Source: Torpedo marmorata
Taxonomy: Eukaryota
NCBI GenBank assembly: GCA_977017645.1
Contig: OZ360235.1
Location: 90,396,001 to 90,460,000, forward strand
Length of the DNA stretch: 64,000 bases
Direction of reading: 5' to 3'
A model generated the notes under the pieces. That model saw only the letters and a list, made by a program, of their open reading frames with translations, had not been told where the DNA came from and searched no databases. Position 1 is the first letter of the stretch; the number at the start of each line of letters is the position of its first letter. Made by a program: the position numbers and the translations under genes. Below, in pieces: positions 1 through 12,058 of the stretch.

Positions 1-610
1 GAGCTGCTTCACTGTCTATAACAACGATTTAGATGAGAGAACCAACTGCAAACAGTTTGCTGATGATCAAAACTTATGAGGGCTGCAAGGTGGATGGAGA
101 GAGGCTTCAGGAGGACATGGACAGATGAAGTGAATGGGCAAGGGCATGGCAGATGGAATATCATGTGGAAAAATGTGAAGTCATCCACAGAGTCATGGGG
201 AGATACAGCACTAATTCAGGCCCATTGAGCCTGTGCGACAATCACCCTCATGTTTATGCAAACCCCATGTTCATCCCTTTCCCCTACATTCTGTAGCTCC
301 CTGCCCAGACTCTAGGACAAACGAGGGGCAATTTGCAATGATCAATTATCCAACCGAGTGGCACGTCTTTGGGATGTGGAGGACACCAGAGCACCCAGAG
401 AAAACTTCAGTCACAGGGAGAAAGTGCAGACCACACAGAGGTCAGAATTGAACCCAGGTCTCTGGAACTGCACCACTACCTTGGTGGGACGATGAGAGAT
501 CAAAAGACGTTGGTGTTGAGAGAGGGATCTGGCTGCCCTTGTGCATGAGTCACTGAAATTTAATGGCAGGTTCCGTAAGCATTGAGTTAATGCAGATCCA
601 TCAACCTTTA
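1..610 (+). mobile_element. Degraded CR1-type LINE RT fragment, interrupted by an old SINE
   Basis: TTTGCTGATGAT (FADD) at ~56 followed by WQMEYHVEKCEVIH-like codons; CR1-like sequence resumes at ~480 (GAGAGGGATCTGG..CCTTGTGCATGAGTCACTG). Confidence 0.7.
190..478 (-). mobile_element. Old tRNA-derived V-SINE (HE1-like), degraded
   Basis: Reverse-strand V-domain-like core (GGGATGTGGAGGACACCAGAGCACCCAGAGAAAAC) and B-box remnant AATTGAACCC. Confidence 0.65.
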
Positions 611-884
611 GTCAATGTCCTTTGACATCCCTCTCATTGACCTTTCAAAGTATTTTCTGTACCTTGCGATGTGAAGGGGATTATTGAGGGATGCTGACAA
701 TGGAAAGTGCCTGAAGAGCAGTAGGGATCATTATCCTGATGGAGAACACTAAAAGATAAAAAGTAAATCAATAAATGCTTATTAAGTGAACTTGAAAAGC
801 TCCAAGAATGTCAGATGAAAGAACCAGGCAAGGTGGAGAGCTGTGCTGAACTCAGCTTCCAAGAAACTTGGAGTTGTAGAAGAA

Positions 885-1030
885 CAGAGCTTTGCAGAGG
901 CTGGAAATTTGAAATTTGAGAAATACCCGGCAGCATCTGTAGCGACGGACAAGGATTCAGGGCAGTGACCAGTCACCCAATGAAGCACAAACCCTGTTTC
1001 TCTCTCCACAGATGCTGTGGAGTCGAGTGG
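885..1030. repeat. Penelope-terminus-derived fold-back repeat
   Basis: Inverted arms CAGCATCTGTAG and CCACAGATGCTG; resembles the copies at 16528, 20440 and 36158. Confidence 0.45.
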
Positions 1031-1519
1031 TTTGCTAAGCCTTGATGGAGGTAGAGGAGGAGCAAGAGAGGTCATTTTCGTTGCACATGGTGAATTGGAG
1101 TGGTGCACAAGGGGCACAATTTGTGCCTAATCGTTGTCCTTCACATAATATGTCACAATAGCGGTTTGAAATTAGGTTTGGGAATAATTGACAGTGAGAC
1201 AGATTTTAATCAGAAACGTTGGTGGAGTCTGACTTCACCAGAAGCGAAAATAAAGTGAGAAGATGAATGAGTTCCCCTCGTTATCCAGCTCACCCACTGG
1301 GTGGTTCAGCCATGTCCTGAGCTCGCTGATGTCCTTCACTCCACACTTCTCTCAATCACTTGCTCCAAATGCTTTGTCTTTCAAATTTGTTTTCAACCAA
1401 CAGACTGAATTATTTTCCCTCCTGTGGGCAGGACTCAGTAATATTCAAGATTAATTGCTTTGTGCACCTCAGTGAGGACCCCTTAACTCAATGTTTCCCT
1501 GCACACTGTCGATCTAACC

Positions 1520-1886
1520 CAGTGGTTTTCAAACTTTTTCTTTCCACTCACATACCACTTTAAGTAATCCCGATGCCATAGGTGCTCTGTGAGGGATTAC
1601 TTAAGGTGGTACGTGAGTGGAAAGAAAAAGTTTGAACACCACTGTTTTAATCGTACCTAATTGACTCGTTATGTGCACGGTTTCATAACTCCAAAGGAAA
1701 TGGCCCAATGACAATTTTTCTCAAGCAAAATATTTCAGTAACAATTGGGTCTAGGGCAGTGATTCTCAACCTTTTTTTCCCCACACATACCACCTTAAGT
1801 AATTCCTTACTAATCACAGAGCACCTATGGCATAGGGATTAGTTAAGGTGGTATGTGAGTGGAAAGAAAAAGTTTGAAAACCACTG
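1520..1886. mobile_element. Composite hAT (Charlie-like) MITE: two palindromic units (1520-1644, 1757-1886) around a 112-bp spacer
   Basis: TIR CAGTGGTTTTCAAACTTTTTCTTTCCACTCACATACCAC at both outer ends; 8-bp TSD ATCTAACC (1512-1519) / ATTTAACC (1887-1894). Confidence 0.88.
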
Positions 1887-2519
1887 ATTTAACCCTTCTC
1901 TAATCACAACGTAAAGGGAATACTGATTCCATTCTGTTCTGCTTCTTGCTTCAGGGAATTGAAAGTGGCTACCAGAACAGTGTTTTTTGAATCAAATTTT
2001 GGGACCAAATCTCCTTGCACCATTTCATTGGGGATTTTTTTTGGTTTTATTTGAACTCTAGTACAGGATAACCCTTTGACCTTAGCAGTGAGTGCAAAAT
2101 TAGTTATTTATTGTTTCTGAATTAGCTTTCATATTGAGGAAAGGTTGGGGGGGGGGGGGCGGTAAAAAAACTTTGCACATTGAGATAGTGCCTTGCATTC
2201 AGAAGGTAATTTACAGCGGCAAGTGACTCCAAGCAGTGGTGGGGAATGAATGAAGGCATGGTCACAGAGAGAGGCTTTGATCAGGCTGAGGGGAGGCAGT
2301 CAGAGAAGGTGGTCTGGAGGAACACAGCTTGAGGCACAGCCACAGAGAGTGGAGGAAGAGGGCTCTACATGGGAAGCCAGAGTGGGAAAGAGTGCAGCGG
2401 AGAGCCGAGACATTAAATCAACTCAGGTCTTCATGAAACATCCCATGGATCCATATTGCTGAAAAACGAGGAAGTTCTTTCTTCACCAATGTCCTGGCCG
2501 TATTTCTACCAGTATGCCT

Positions 2520-2836
2520 TGACCTTTTTCCTGGGGCGACAATTGGCAACTACCAGAGGACATCGGTTTAAGGTGAGTGGAGGGAGGTTTAGGGGAGACT
2601 GCAGAGGTCAGATTTTTTTTACACAGAGAGTGGTGGTTGCTTGCAGTGCATTGCTGGGGGTGCTGGTGGAGGCTGGTACAATAGGGACATTCAAATAGGG
2701 ACTCTTCTATAGGCACATAGATGCAAGAAAAACAGGGTTACGGGTGTGAGGTAGGGAAAAATTAGATTGTTGTAGGTTTACAGAGGTTGGCCCAGCATCG
2801 TGGGCCGAAGGGCCTCTACTGTGTGTTCTGTGTTCT
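2520..2836 (+). mobile_element. CR1/HER1-like LINE 3' end
   Basis: Encodes TRGHRFKVSGGRFRGD..FFTQRVV (CR1 ORF2 C-terminus); tail GGGCCGAAGGGCCT..CTGTGTGTTCTG. Confidence 0.85.
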
Positions 2837-3672
2837 TTCACTGAAATTGACTTCATTAACTTGGGTTTTGTAGATCTTGCTGTGTGCTCGTTTCTCAATT
2901 GCATCAGTGACTGTTCTTCAGAAGTTCCTCACTCTCTCTAAATTTCATTGGACCGTCAGAACATTGTTTGTTAGCTTTTGCTTCCACAGAAGTACAAATG
3001 TTGAGCTGGCTGAGGAAAGTGCTCACATTTCTGAGAGCAATATTGAAACAGAAATGGCTGAAAACCTTCAGCAGGGTCAGATAGCTTCTGCGGGGAAAGC
3101 TGGAGTTTGAATCCAATTGGGAACAGGGTGCCCCATTCAGCTTGTCCAGGGTTTTATGCATTGGGTTCAGTTTCACACACGTTTGTAGGGCATGGTTGAA
3201 GAAAACACGGGAACTGCTCAGATTGAGGTGACATGTTGTCGAGGTAACCAAGCCAGTCACATTCACTGCAAAGCTTTGTAATGCACTGAACAACATCGGG
3301 GTCTCACACGGTGCTCACGTAATTCTGTCACGTGTCCTTAAGAGGAGAATGTTTTGGGACCACATATGTGGGGTCCTGGACAGGTTTGTCCCAATGAGAT
3401 GGTGGGCAAAGGTGCCATGGTTGACAAGAGAGGTGGGGCAACTAGTCAGGAGGAAGAAGGAAGCAAAAGTCAGGAAGGGTTCATGAGAGTTGTATGGTTG
3501 CCAGGAAGGAGCATAAAAAAGGACTTGGGAGAGCTAGAAGGGGAAATGAGAAGTGCTCTAATGTTCTATGATCCACAGAAAACAGACTGGGCTTTCCCAA
3601 CTTGATGAGAAATAGCAGTGCTCCTCATCCCTCTGTTTACCCATCAGATAAATCTTTTGAGTAGGTCGGTTG

Positions 3673-3972
3673 TCAAGTCAAGTTTATTGTCATCTGATTG
3701 CACAAGTGCAACCCAACGAAACAACGTTCTCCAGTCCTCGGGGCAAAACATGCAGACACAGAACCAGAAATAACACACATACAGACAAACAATACATATG
3801 CAGGACAAGTATTTCATCAATACAAATAAATAAAAAAAAACTATTGTTTTGTACATATGAGAGTGTCGGATGGTTAGTGTGAGCAGTTCCTTTGGTCGTT
3901 CAGCATTCTCACTGCCCGTGGGAAGAAGCTGTTCCTCAGCCTGGTGGTGCTGGCTCTGAAACTCCTATGGTC
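3673..3972 (-). mobile_element. Rex1/Babar-type LINE 3' end
   Basis: Minus strand encodes RASTTRLRNSFFPRAVRMLN and ends ..TGACAATAAACTTGACTTG. Confidence 0.75.
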
Positions 3973-4199
3973 AGTGGTGCAGTGTGCTGGCCCTGAACGA
4001 GCTGCCTCACTTTCCCACATTTGAAGCTGAAGCTGGAACTATCGTGTTTAAACAAAGAATCAATGCAAGAATGGAGATTTTCCCAGTCAGTGCCAGACCT
4101 GAGATCAGAATTGAACCTGGTTGCTGTGGACATCAAAGTGCAAACACCCAGAGCCTTAATGTCTCCTGACTTGTAATCAGGTGTAATGGGTGACCACAA

Positions 4200-4425
4200 A
4201 GGATTGTCTGCCCTCTTGCAAAGTCACTTTTTTCGCACCGGGTAACTGTGAATATTTTTTTTGGTATTTAATTTATTTTTAATTCAATTCAGTACACTTT
4301 TGCAGTTATTTTTCAGTTGTTTTTGGAGTTGTTTTATTTTAGTAGATTACCTGTTCAGCAGCAGCAAGTGAGAATTGTGGTGTGTATGTACATTATACAG
4401 TGTATATGACAATAAACTCATCATT
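4200..4425 (+). mobile_element. Rex1/Babar-type LINE 3' UTR remnant
   Basis: GCAGCAAGTGAGAATTG...TGACAATAAACTCATCAT tail. Confidence 0.55.
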
Positions 4426-5399
4426 AGTTAGCCTGTCCAAATTTTGTAGTGTAGGTCACAGTCATACTTCCACAAGATGAGCAGAATGAAAGTTGCCATC
4501 CACTCACGACAGCCATACATGCAACTTGAGAGCAGAACAGGTAAAGTAACCATGACAATGAACTTAAATGTGTCCGAATCCTTCTGGAGTGGTCAGCAGT
4601 GAGGGAACTGGAGGGGTGGGGAAGATGAGTGCTTTAATCCAGCAGCTGTTGCTTTTTCTTTCTTAAAGTAAACTTTATTCATGTCAAAATCAGTCTGTTG
4701 CAACACAGAGACTATGTTTTCACTCCAGTTTTGTGAATGAGCAAGGGCATGGATTGCAAGACCTGCATTTTTGAGTGTTGTATTTATTTATTGGCATTTG
4801 TTATGATATTTGTTGTGGCCACTCCCATTTGTTCTATGTTGGAACAAGAGGCCTCAAGCTAATTAAAGGACTTGGCCAACCTTCTGGTTACTTAACAACC
4901 TTAATTCAGACTAAAGCCTACTGGAACATTAACTATAACTGTATAAATGCAAGAACAGGGAATGTGTATAGTTATTTTTACTATTTTGGAATCGGAGTGC
5001 CTTTTATTTTCTGGAAGAGAAAGGTTTTATTCTCGAATAGTGATGTAGAGGGAGTGGGAAGACCATATGACTAAAGATTGCACACATTATTCAAGTCATG
5101 GGATGTCATTGTTGGTTTGTTGTTTTGGCTGTATTTGGAACTAAATAAACTTCTTCAGGTCACAAAGAGATTACTTGAATAATAACTTCCGTTCGTCATT
5201 GGTGAATTGGCTTCCAACTAATCCAAATTCAATAACTTACTTGTTTCTCAACCACATCCGAACACAAGATGACAGGCTCTTCAGGAAATTTACAGGCTGA
5301 AGTCTGTGCTTTTAATTGAGCTTGGGACAAATTGAAAATTGTTTCATATTGCTTGCTGAACTGGCAATACTTTCCAATTTTCCCCTCACTACTTCCTGT

Positions 5400-5690
5400 T
5401 CCCGAAATGGCCGAGGCAGAGACAATGTCCTTGTTAACAATGGGAGAAGGAAAGCCACAGTTCAAAAAGAAGGAAGACATCGCAGAGGTTCCTGTATGGA
5501 ATGCCTCTTTGTCAGAGCAATGAGACAGAGGAAATGGGAGAATGAAGTAGGGTCCTCCCAAGAGACAAGGTGGGATGAAGAGTTGAAAAGACAGCTGTGG
5601 GAGTCAGGAGGCTTGCAATGAATGTTGGCAGCTAGCCAATCTCCTGAGATGAACAGAGAGATCCGGAAAAGGAAGGGATGAATCAGAGAT
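5400..5690 (-). mobile_element. Penelope-like element relic (RT C-terminal/linker region)
   Basis: ORF 5229-5561 contains CSDKEAFHTGTSAMSSFFLNCGFPSPIV, similar to the Penelope RICS....F..RGYP region. Confidence 0.55.
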
Positions 5691-6557
5691 TAATTTGTCG
5701 AGTTAGGGGTAAACTAATGACATCGATTGATTGGATAAGAGATGGAATAAAGGGAAGACTTTTTATTTGTTTGCTTTCGAGGATGTAACCAGTGGAATGC
5801 CACAGGGATACAAGCTTGGGCCCAGCAGTTGACAAACTCTGGCAATAATTTGGATTGGGGATCAAGTGTAATATATCCAAGTGTGGTCTGGTAAAGAGTT
5901 TGATAACAGAGTGGGTCATGGAGAAGGTGCAGAGAAGCAACAGAAGAATATGGACAGGTTAAGTGAATGGATAACGACATAACAGTGGTAAAATATGAGG
6001 CCATCTTCTTTGAACTGACGGCAGATCGGAAAGAACAGTGGTCTTTATTTACGCACAGGGGAACTCACAAAAGGGCACACGTTCACAGACTAACCCGGAA
6101 TAATACACAAATAACTACACATAGGGTGCAAATAAATCGCTGCTAAACATTCTCAACTCCCGATTGGGAATGCAAGGGTTAAACATACAATACCCATCCA
6201 CCCACAGGCACGGCACACTAAGGAACAGTAAATTAATGACAACTAACAGGTATATCAAATTAACCTTGTTTCCAGCATTGCCCACGGCTCGGGATCTGGG
6301 ATGGGCCCATTGCAGTCGGCCCTCCAGTACCCGCCCATGGTTGGCAGCCTGGACTTCAGTGCTGGTCTTGAGGCAGCAGCAAAAGAGAGCAAGACTCCAC
6401 GTGCTGGGTTTATTCAATGCAAGGCGCGTCCACATGACCTGCGAGGACCAATCGCGCGTCAGCCTCACCTTTGGGCAGATCTAACCATTGATTGGCACCT
6501 GGGGGACCAATCACATGTCAGCTGCAAAGGCCAATCACACATCAGCCTCACAGGTGC

Positions 6558-7485
6558 TGTTACTAAATCAAACCAGCAACGACAGAAGAGGCAATGCAAA
6601 AGGGGTAAAATTGAAATTTATATTTATTAAAGACAATTAAACATATAATTTCACAACAATTAACCCCACTATAAACTTCCATAAACACTCTTCTTATCTA
6701 AAAGGTGTGTGTGTGTAAAGCCCAGACCATTACAGTCTGTGCCCAACCCTTATGTAAAAATGGAAAAAACTTTCCCCAAAACCCCAGGTCAGTCATAAAA
6801 AAACAAGTCAGTCAAAAAATAGAATAATACAGTCCACAAAATTCACTCTCTAAGTTCAGGTTTCAAATTCAGCTCTGTATCTGGTAGAAGTACTTCTAAA
6901 TGAACGTTGGAGAGAGACAATGACTGTTTATGCTTACAAATACTTGTTTTTCTTCTCTGATGACGTTCCCTTCTTGTGTTTTCATAAGGATTGCGAGTTC
7001 AGATCAGTATACCACTGATTAAGGCGTGTGCTTGGATCTCACAGCTAGTCTCGCTGATCTCACGCCTGTTCTCCACAGAAGTTGCTTTTAACTCAGAATT
7101 TCTCTGAGACAGGAGGCCATGTGCTATTCTGCCCGTCTTTTCTCTGGGAAGCACAAGCCTGGATTTGGCTGTGTTCTCTAGCCTTTGCAACTCCAAACTG
7201 CCTGCTTTTTGCAGAGATCTGCACCTGCTTTTGCAAAAGTGCAACAATGTATCTTTGTCCACAGTCTGTCTCTCTCTCTCTCGCTGGTCTCTCTCTGTCT
7301 GGGTACACCAAAAGTGCAACAATGTATCTTTGTCCACAGCCTGTCTCTCTCTCTCTCTCTGAATGGGTACACCAAGTCCTGGGGAAGTTAACTCTTTCAG
7401 TACCTGGCCCCAGTGTATACTCCAAAAGACTTCATCCTTCCTGCTGACCGTCCGCAGTCCAAATGGTCAGTCATGGTCCATAACA
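6558..7485 (-). mobile_element. Solo LTR (928 bp), Gypsy/ERV-type
   Basis: TGTTA...TAACA termini; 4-bp TSD GTGC (6554-6557, 7486-7489); internal tandem repeat CAAAAGTGCAACAATGTATCTTTGTCCACAG+(CT)n x2. Strand inferred from the poly(A) signal. Confidence 0.85.
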
Positions 7486-7491
7486 GTGCCA

Positions 7492-7731
7492 AATCAGAAT
7501 CAGAATCAGAATTTATTGTCATGAACAAGTCATGAAATTCGGTGTTTTGCGGCAGCATCATAGTGCAATTAACATTCATATTAACCATTCTAACGACATT
7601 ACTATAAAAAATTATAAACAATAGTGCATGAAAAGTAAGGCAGTGTCTTTGGGTCATTGATTATTCAGGAATCTGATGGCAGCGGGGAAGAAGCTGTCCT
7701 TGTGCCGTTGAGTGCTCGTCTTTAGGCTCCC
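7492..7731 (-). mobile_element. Rex1/Babar LINE 3' fragment (young family, also at 17085 and 52780)
   Basis: (GAATCA)n tail plus ATTTATTGTCATG; encodes KDSFFPAAIRFLNNQ; near-identical to 52780-53010. Confidence 0.9.
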
Positions 7732-8499
7732 TTGATTGGCAGGTGAGGTGACTTCTGAGTAGGTTCCAGCTGGAGAGGTCACATGACCCTCCGCAATCCA
7801 CACTCCGACCAGATTCCAGACGGAGAGGTCACATGACCCTTAACAATCCACACTACAACATGCAAGTACAGAAAGCAGTTATGAAGGATCACAGTGTGTT
7901 GGCCTTTACTGAACCTAGAGTTGAGCACAAGAGTGGAGACATCGTACTCCAATTATACAGAGCCCTGTTGAGTCCAAGATTCCCATAAAGGAAGGACATG
8001 CTCGTGATGGAGGGAGTAGAACAATGATATACCATGTGTATTCCTGGGATGGGAATGTTGTCTTACAAGAGAAGATACCTGCACCTGTCATCTTCTGAGT
8101 TCAGATGATAGATGAATTTCTTGAACAATACAACAATTTACAGGGCCTGGCCTGGTGGGTGTAGGATGATGTTTCTCCCGCGTGTTGTGTCTCAAAGCAG
8201 TGCTCACAATCTTTAAATAAGGAATCATCCATGAAGGACAGAAATGAGAGATGTCATCAACCAGAAGATTGTGAACCTATGTAATTCTCCAACTGAGAGA
8301 GCGTGGAGACTGTCGCTGAGCACATTCAAAACAAATATTGATAGATATAATGATGCGAAGGGAATCAAAGGGGTATGGGATCAGTGCAGGGAAATGGTGC
8401 TGAGATTAGCCACAACCTCCTTGAATGGTAGAGCAGGCATAAGGGGCTGAAATGTCTGTTCCTGCTTCTGTTTCTACTGCTTATGGCCTTTTTTCAAAA

Positions 8500-8765
8500 T
8501 GGCTAAGTTAGTGTAGCAGTTAGCGCAACGCTGATACAGCACCAGTGACCCAGGTTCGAATCCGGCGCTCTCTGTAAGGAGGTTGTATGTTCTCACTGTG
8601 TCTACATAGGTTTCCTCCACGGTCTCCGGTTTCCTACCACCCTTCGAAACGTACCTGGGGTTTAACGTCATTAGGGTGTAATGGGGCGGCACGGGCTCAT
8701 GGGCAGGAAGGACCTGTTACCATGGGGTATGTCTAAATTTTCAAATTTCAAATTTAAATTAAAAA
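8500..8765 (+). mobile_element. tRNA-derived V-SINE (HE1-like)
   Basis: A-box-like start, B box GGTTCGAATCC, V-domain core, CR1/HER1-like tail and (AAATTT)n end. Confidence 0.9.
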
Positions 8766-9799
8766 ACATCTATGAAGGTATGATCGATTGGTCACTGTGC
8801 ATCACCAGCCCAGGTGATAGTTCGTGGCAGACACAGTGCACAGTTTCATTCAGCATTCCCAAGCATCGTATACTTTTATTCAATACAGGATGTGCTTTTT
8901 TCATCAGGGCCTATGTTCCATGCCCATCCCTATTTTCCCTGAAGAAAGTTGTGGTGAGCCACGTTCTTGAATCCATGCAATGCTGTTGGTGAAGGTAGCC
9001 CCATTGTGCAGAGAGGTGGGGAGTTCTAGTATTGAGACCCTACGGTTTTGAGGAAACAACCTCCTACTTCCAAGACAGGGTGTTGAGCGACTTGGAAGGA
9101 ATTTGCGTGTGGATATATTCTGGTGCCTGCTCCCCTTGCCCTCCCAGGTAATACACTCAGAGAATGACCCATCAATGTTAAATAGGACATGGGCAGCTGG
9201 TAGTTAGGCAAGAAAGTCTCCATGTACCTGAGATCCTTGCAGATAGACCAGTCAGTGAGTTACACTGCAGGTTGATGAGTTGTGGGCATCTGATCTTTAA
9301 AAACCAAGACTTTCCTTGTTGTACAGATTCTCATTATTTTTGAAGCACCGCTGACAAATCAAGTTTTAATATTGTTGATCAGGTACTTAGATCAGCTTGT
9401 GAGAGTTGATTGTAATGACGAATTAAATGGAAGATCAGATGTGGCAGGTTATTAGTCACCAAAAATGGAGTAGGGAGTGAAACAGGCCTCATGAATTACA
9501 GCTTCCGTGATCACCATTTCCTGTAATATAATCAGAAAACCCAAGATAAATAGGGTTAACCGAGTGGAAAGGAAAGAGTGTGAGAAAAATCACCTTTCAC
9601 TTTCACAGGCGAGTTAATTAAGAGGATGGAAAATTATTGTGAGACTTCCTGTGAAGAATCTCATTTACATTTGAGTCGCGTGGTTGGCCTGGTTTCAATC
9701 ATGTCCTCCACTCGCTGGTTTTACTGTGCTGTCTTGGATGTTCATTGAGATTGAGCCAGTTCAATTCAAGGTTTATCTTTTCCCACCTCTTCCTGAAAG

Positions 9800-10658
9800 A
9801 TGTAAGATGGCGGAGCTGCCGGAGCCGCTGTAGCGGCAGCGCTGCCTCTGGTGCGGACCCGCGGGGAGCGTGGGAGCGGAGATACAGCGCTCCCGTGGGG
9901 TCCAGCCGCCCAGTCGACTGCCATCGGTTCCGCTCGGGCTTTGAACGGCCCGTTAAAGGAGCCGACGGTGGTTTTATTTGCGATCCCGCGACCGCGGGGT
10001 CTGCGCCCAAGATGGCAGTGCCTTTTAATCGGCAGCAGCCACGAGGGGCTGCAGACTCCGGGGAAGCGGGGGACTGGAGCAGGGCACCAGTGGACGGGAA
10101 GATCACCCCCGTCTGAGAAGGAGAAGCGGAGGAGACGACCCACGGGACAGTGACCACGGCGACGGACCGGTGAGGGGCTCTGAGGCTGAAGGACCAGTGC
10201 ATGCGGCGGGCTGCTGGCGACTCGAGGCGAGGAACCCGCGGAGGCTGTGGGCTGCTGGAGACTGCTATCGGGGGACTCACGCCGGGCTGCGGACTGCTGG
10301 AGGCTGGCTCGAACTGGCTGGAGGAGTACCAGGTATCGGAACCGGGATGTGAGGGGGTGCCGAGGGCGACCTGACTGTGTTGGAGGTTCGGATTTGGAGC
10401 TCGGGATGCCGATCATTTGGACTGGACTCTGTGTGGCTGCGGAGGCTGCGGAAGCGCTGGAGGCGAATCTATGGACACTCGGTGACTCTGCGGGGACTCT
10501 CTTTTGCTTCTCTTTCTCTGACTGTAAGGAATGTTAGAGGCGCTTAGGCAATTTCTGCCGATGGCGAATCTGTCTGCCTTGCAGCAGGCAAAAAGAAATT
10601 TCATGGGATATGACACTGTCTTATTGCTGTGACAATAAATTGAATCTTGAATCTTGAA
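9800..10658 (+). mobile_element. CpG-rich non-coding, non-autonomous retroposon with a Rex/Babar-type tail (copy A)
   Basis: Starts AAGATGGCGG; no recognisable ORF; ends TCTGTCTGCCTTGCAGCAGGCAAAAAGAAATTTCATG..TGACAATAAAT(TGAATCT)n; a second, inverted copy lies at 11394-12880. Confidence 0.8.
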
Positions 10659-11413
10659 ATTGTCAGATGCAAAGTGATATTTAGTTCAGCCTTTTCTGAG
10701 AAGTGTCTTCCAGCTTCACTTCTTCCATTCCATGTCTGAAGAGGCTTGGGGTGACATGGGTTGCAACCCCGGCGAATCATCCAAATCCCCCTCTGTACAT
10801 CTGTTGACCTCTGGTTGCTCATGTCTAAGACTACATGGATCACCTTGGCCATCAACGTAAATGCACGTGCACAGGCTGATGGAGTCAGGGGATAGTGAGC
10901 AGAGCACAAATCAGTGTCAATTATCCCTGTCTTTCCATTGACTTTGAAGCTGTTTTAGGTCTTAGTCATGGCTCTGACCAGTCTGTTAATTCCGATTCAT
11001 GTGCTGTACTTCCTGTTATCCCTGCTAAAGCTTATTTTTCTGTGTGTATTAACTGTGGAGCACAGAAGGTGGCAAGTCCAGTCATCTCATGGTACGCAAC
11101 AGTGTTTCTTGTTTCATTTATATCTGACATGGAGAGAATGTCTCTGGAGAGCTCAGTAAGTTTGTTGACAAAAGATTGGTGGACTTGTAAATCGGAAGGA
11201 TAGTTTAGCAAGGATATGGAGGGACAGGGATTAGTTGGAACATTGGGCAGAGTAGTAGCAGATGGAATTTAATGTAGACAAGTGTGAGGGAATGTATTTC
11301 GGTTTGTCTCATACCAACAAGGAACGGCAGGGACCTTCGAAGTGTTCATGTGCAGAGGGACCTTGGAGTGCAAGTTTATAGCTCCCTGAAAATTCGATTC
11401 AAGATTCAATTTA

Positions 11414-12058
11414 CAGTAAAATCCCCATTATCCAGCACCTATGGGGATTGCAGGTGCCAGAATTGCGAATTTTCCAGTTGACTGAGGCTCACTCTTACAA
11501 TGCCTAACTAATACACCTGCATTAAGAATACACCATTTGGAGATTATACTCAATACCAAAGGAATATAAATTTTAAGTGGCTGGCAAATGGGATAAAATA
11601 TTTAGGCATTAAAACAAATAACAACTTACAAGATTTGTATAAATTAAATTACCTCCCATTGCTTAGAAAAGCTGAAGAGGATCTTAACAGATGGACGGCA
11701 CTGCCAATAACACTTATTGGCAGAGTCAATTGTATAAAAATGAATATATTGCCACGGATCCAATATCTTTTCCAAACACTACCTATACCATTGCCTCGAG
11801 GGTTCTTTCAAGAATTAAATAAATATATCAGGAAGTTCATTTGGAGAGGTAAGGTAGCCAGAGTCTCCACGGAAAAATTAACATGGAGATATGAACTGGG
11901 AGGCTTGGTAGAACATTTACTTTTATAATGTTAAACTTTTATTTGAACTTCTATTTAAAACTTTATTTATTCTTATTTATATTAATTGTATTGATTTATT
12001 TATTTCCTCTAAATTTTTTTGCCGGTTGATTGAGTGCCGGATAATGGGGATTTTACTG
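11414..12058. mobile_element. Tc1/mariner-pogo (Tigger-like) MITE
   Basis: TIR CAGTAAAATCCCCATTATCC(A/G)GCAC, 24/25 match; TA TSD at 11412-11413 and 12059-12060. Confidence 0.92.
11539..11906 (+). pseudogene. Internal L1 ORF2 fragment (post-RT region) inside the MITE
   Basis: Stop-free GDYT..IKYLGI..LYKLNYLPLL..GRVNCIKMNILPRIQYLFQTLPI..YELGGL; homologous to the L1 at ~61450-61790. Confidence 0.9.

Larger units (their letters stand above)
6017..7857 (-). mobile_element. LTR-like element (outer), interrupted by a second LTR and a Rex/Babar fragment
   Basis: Right end ..CCACACTACA (TGTAGTGTGG on the minus strand); repeated CCAATC boxes (6448-6540); duplicated GGAGAGGTCACATGACCCT..AATCCACACT; AATAAA on the minus strand at ~6045. 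Left terminus and TSD not identified. Confidence 0.55.
5700..8470 (+). mobile_element. Old CR1 LINE split by LTR insertions (CR1 sequence at ~5700-6012 and ~7858-8470)
   Basis: GTAACCAGTGGAATGCCACAGGGA (VTSG.PQG) at ~5786; CR1 resumes at CATGCAAGTACAG (~7860) and runs to a CR1-type 3' tail at ~8470. Confidence 0.7.

Noticed and set aside
4455-4540. Possible exon bounded by TGTAG and GTAAAG
   Set aside because: No frame I translated resembles contactin or any protein I recognise; weak polypyrimidine tract.
7230-7362. Direct repeats with spacers, superficially CRISPR-like (also the 21-bp repeats at 25181)
   Set aside because: Only 2-3 units, located inside an LTR or SINE, in eukaryotic context with no cas genes.
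9699-10537. Cluster of overlapping 100-216 aa ORFs on both strands (similar set at 12321-13013)
   Set aside because: A by-product of high GC in a repeat; no recognisable domain, and the frames are not maintained between the two copies.
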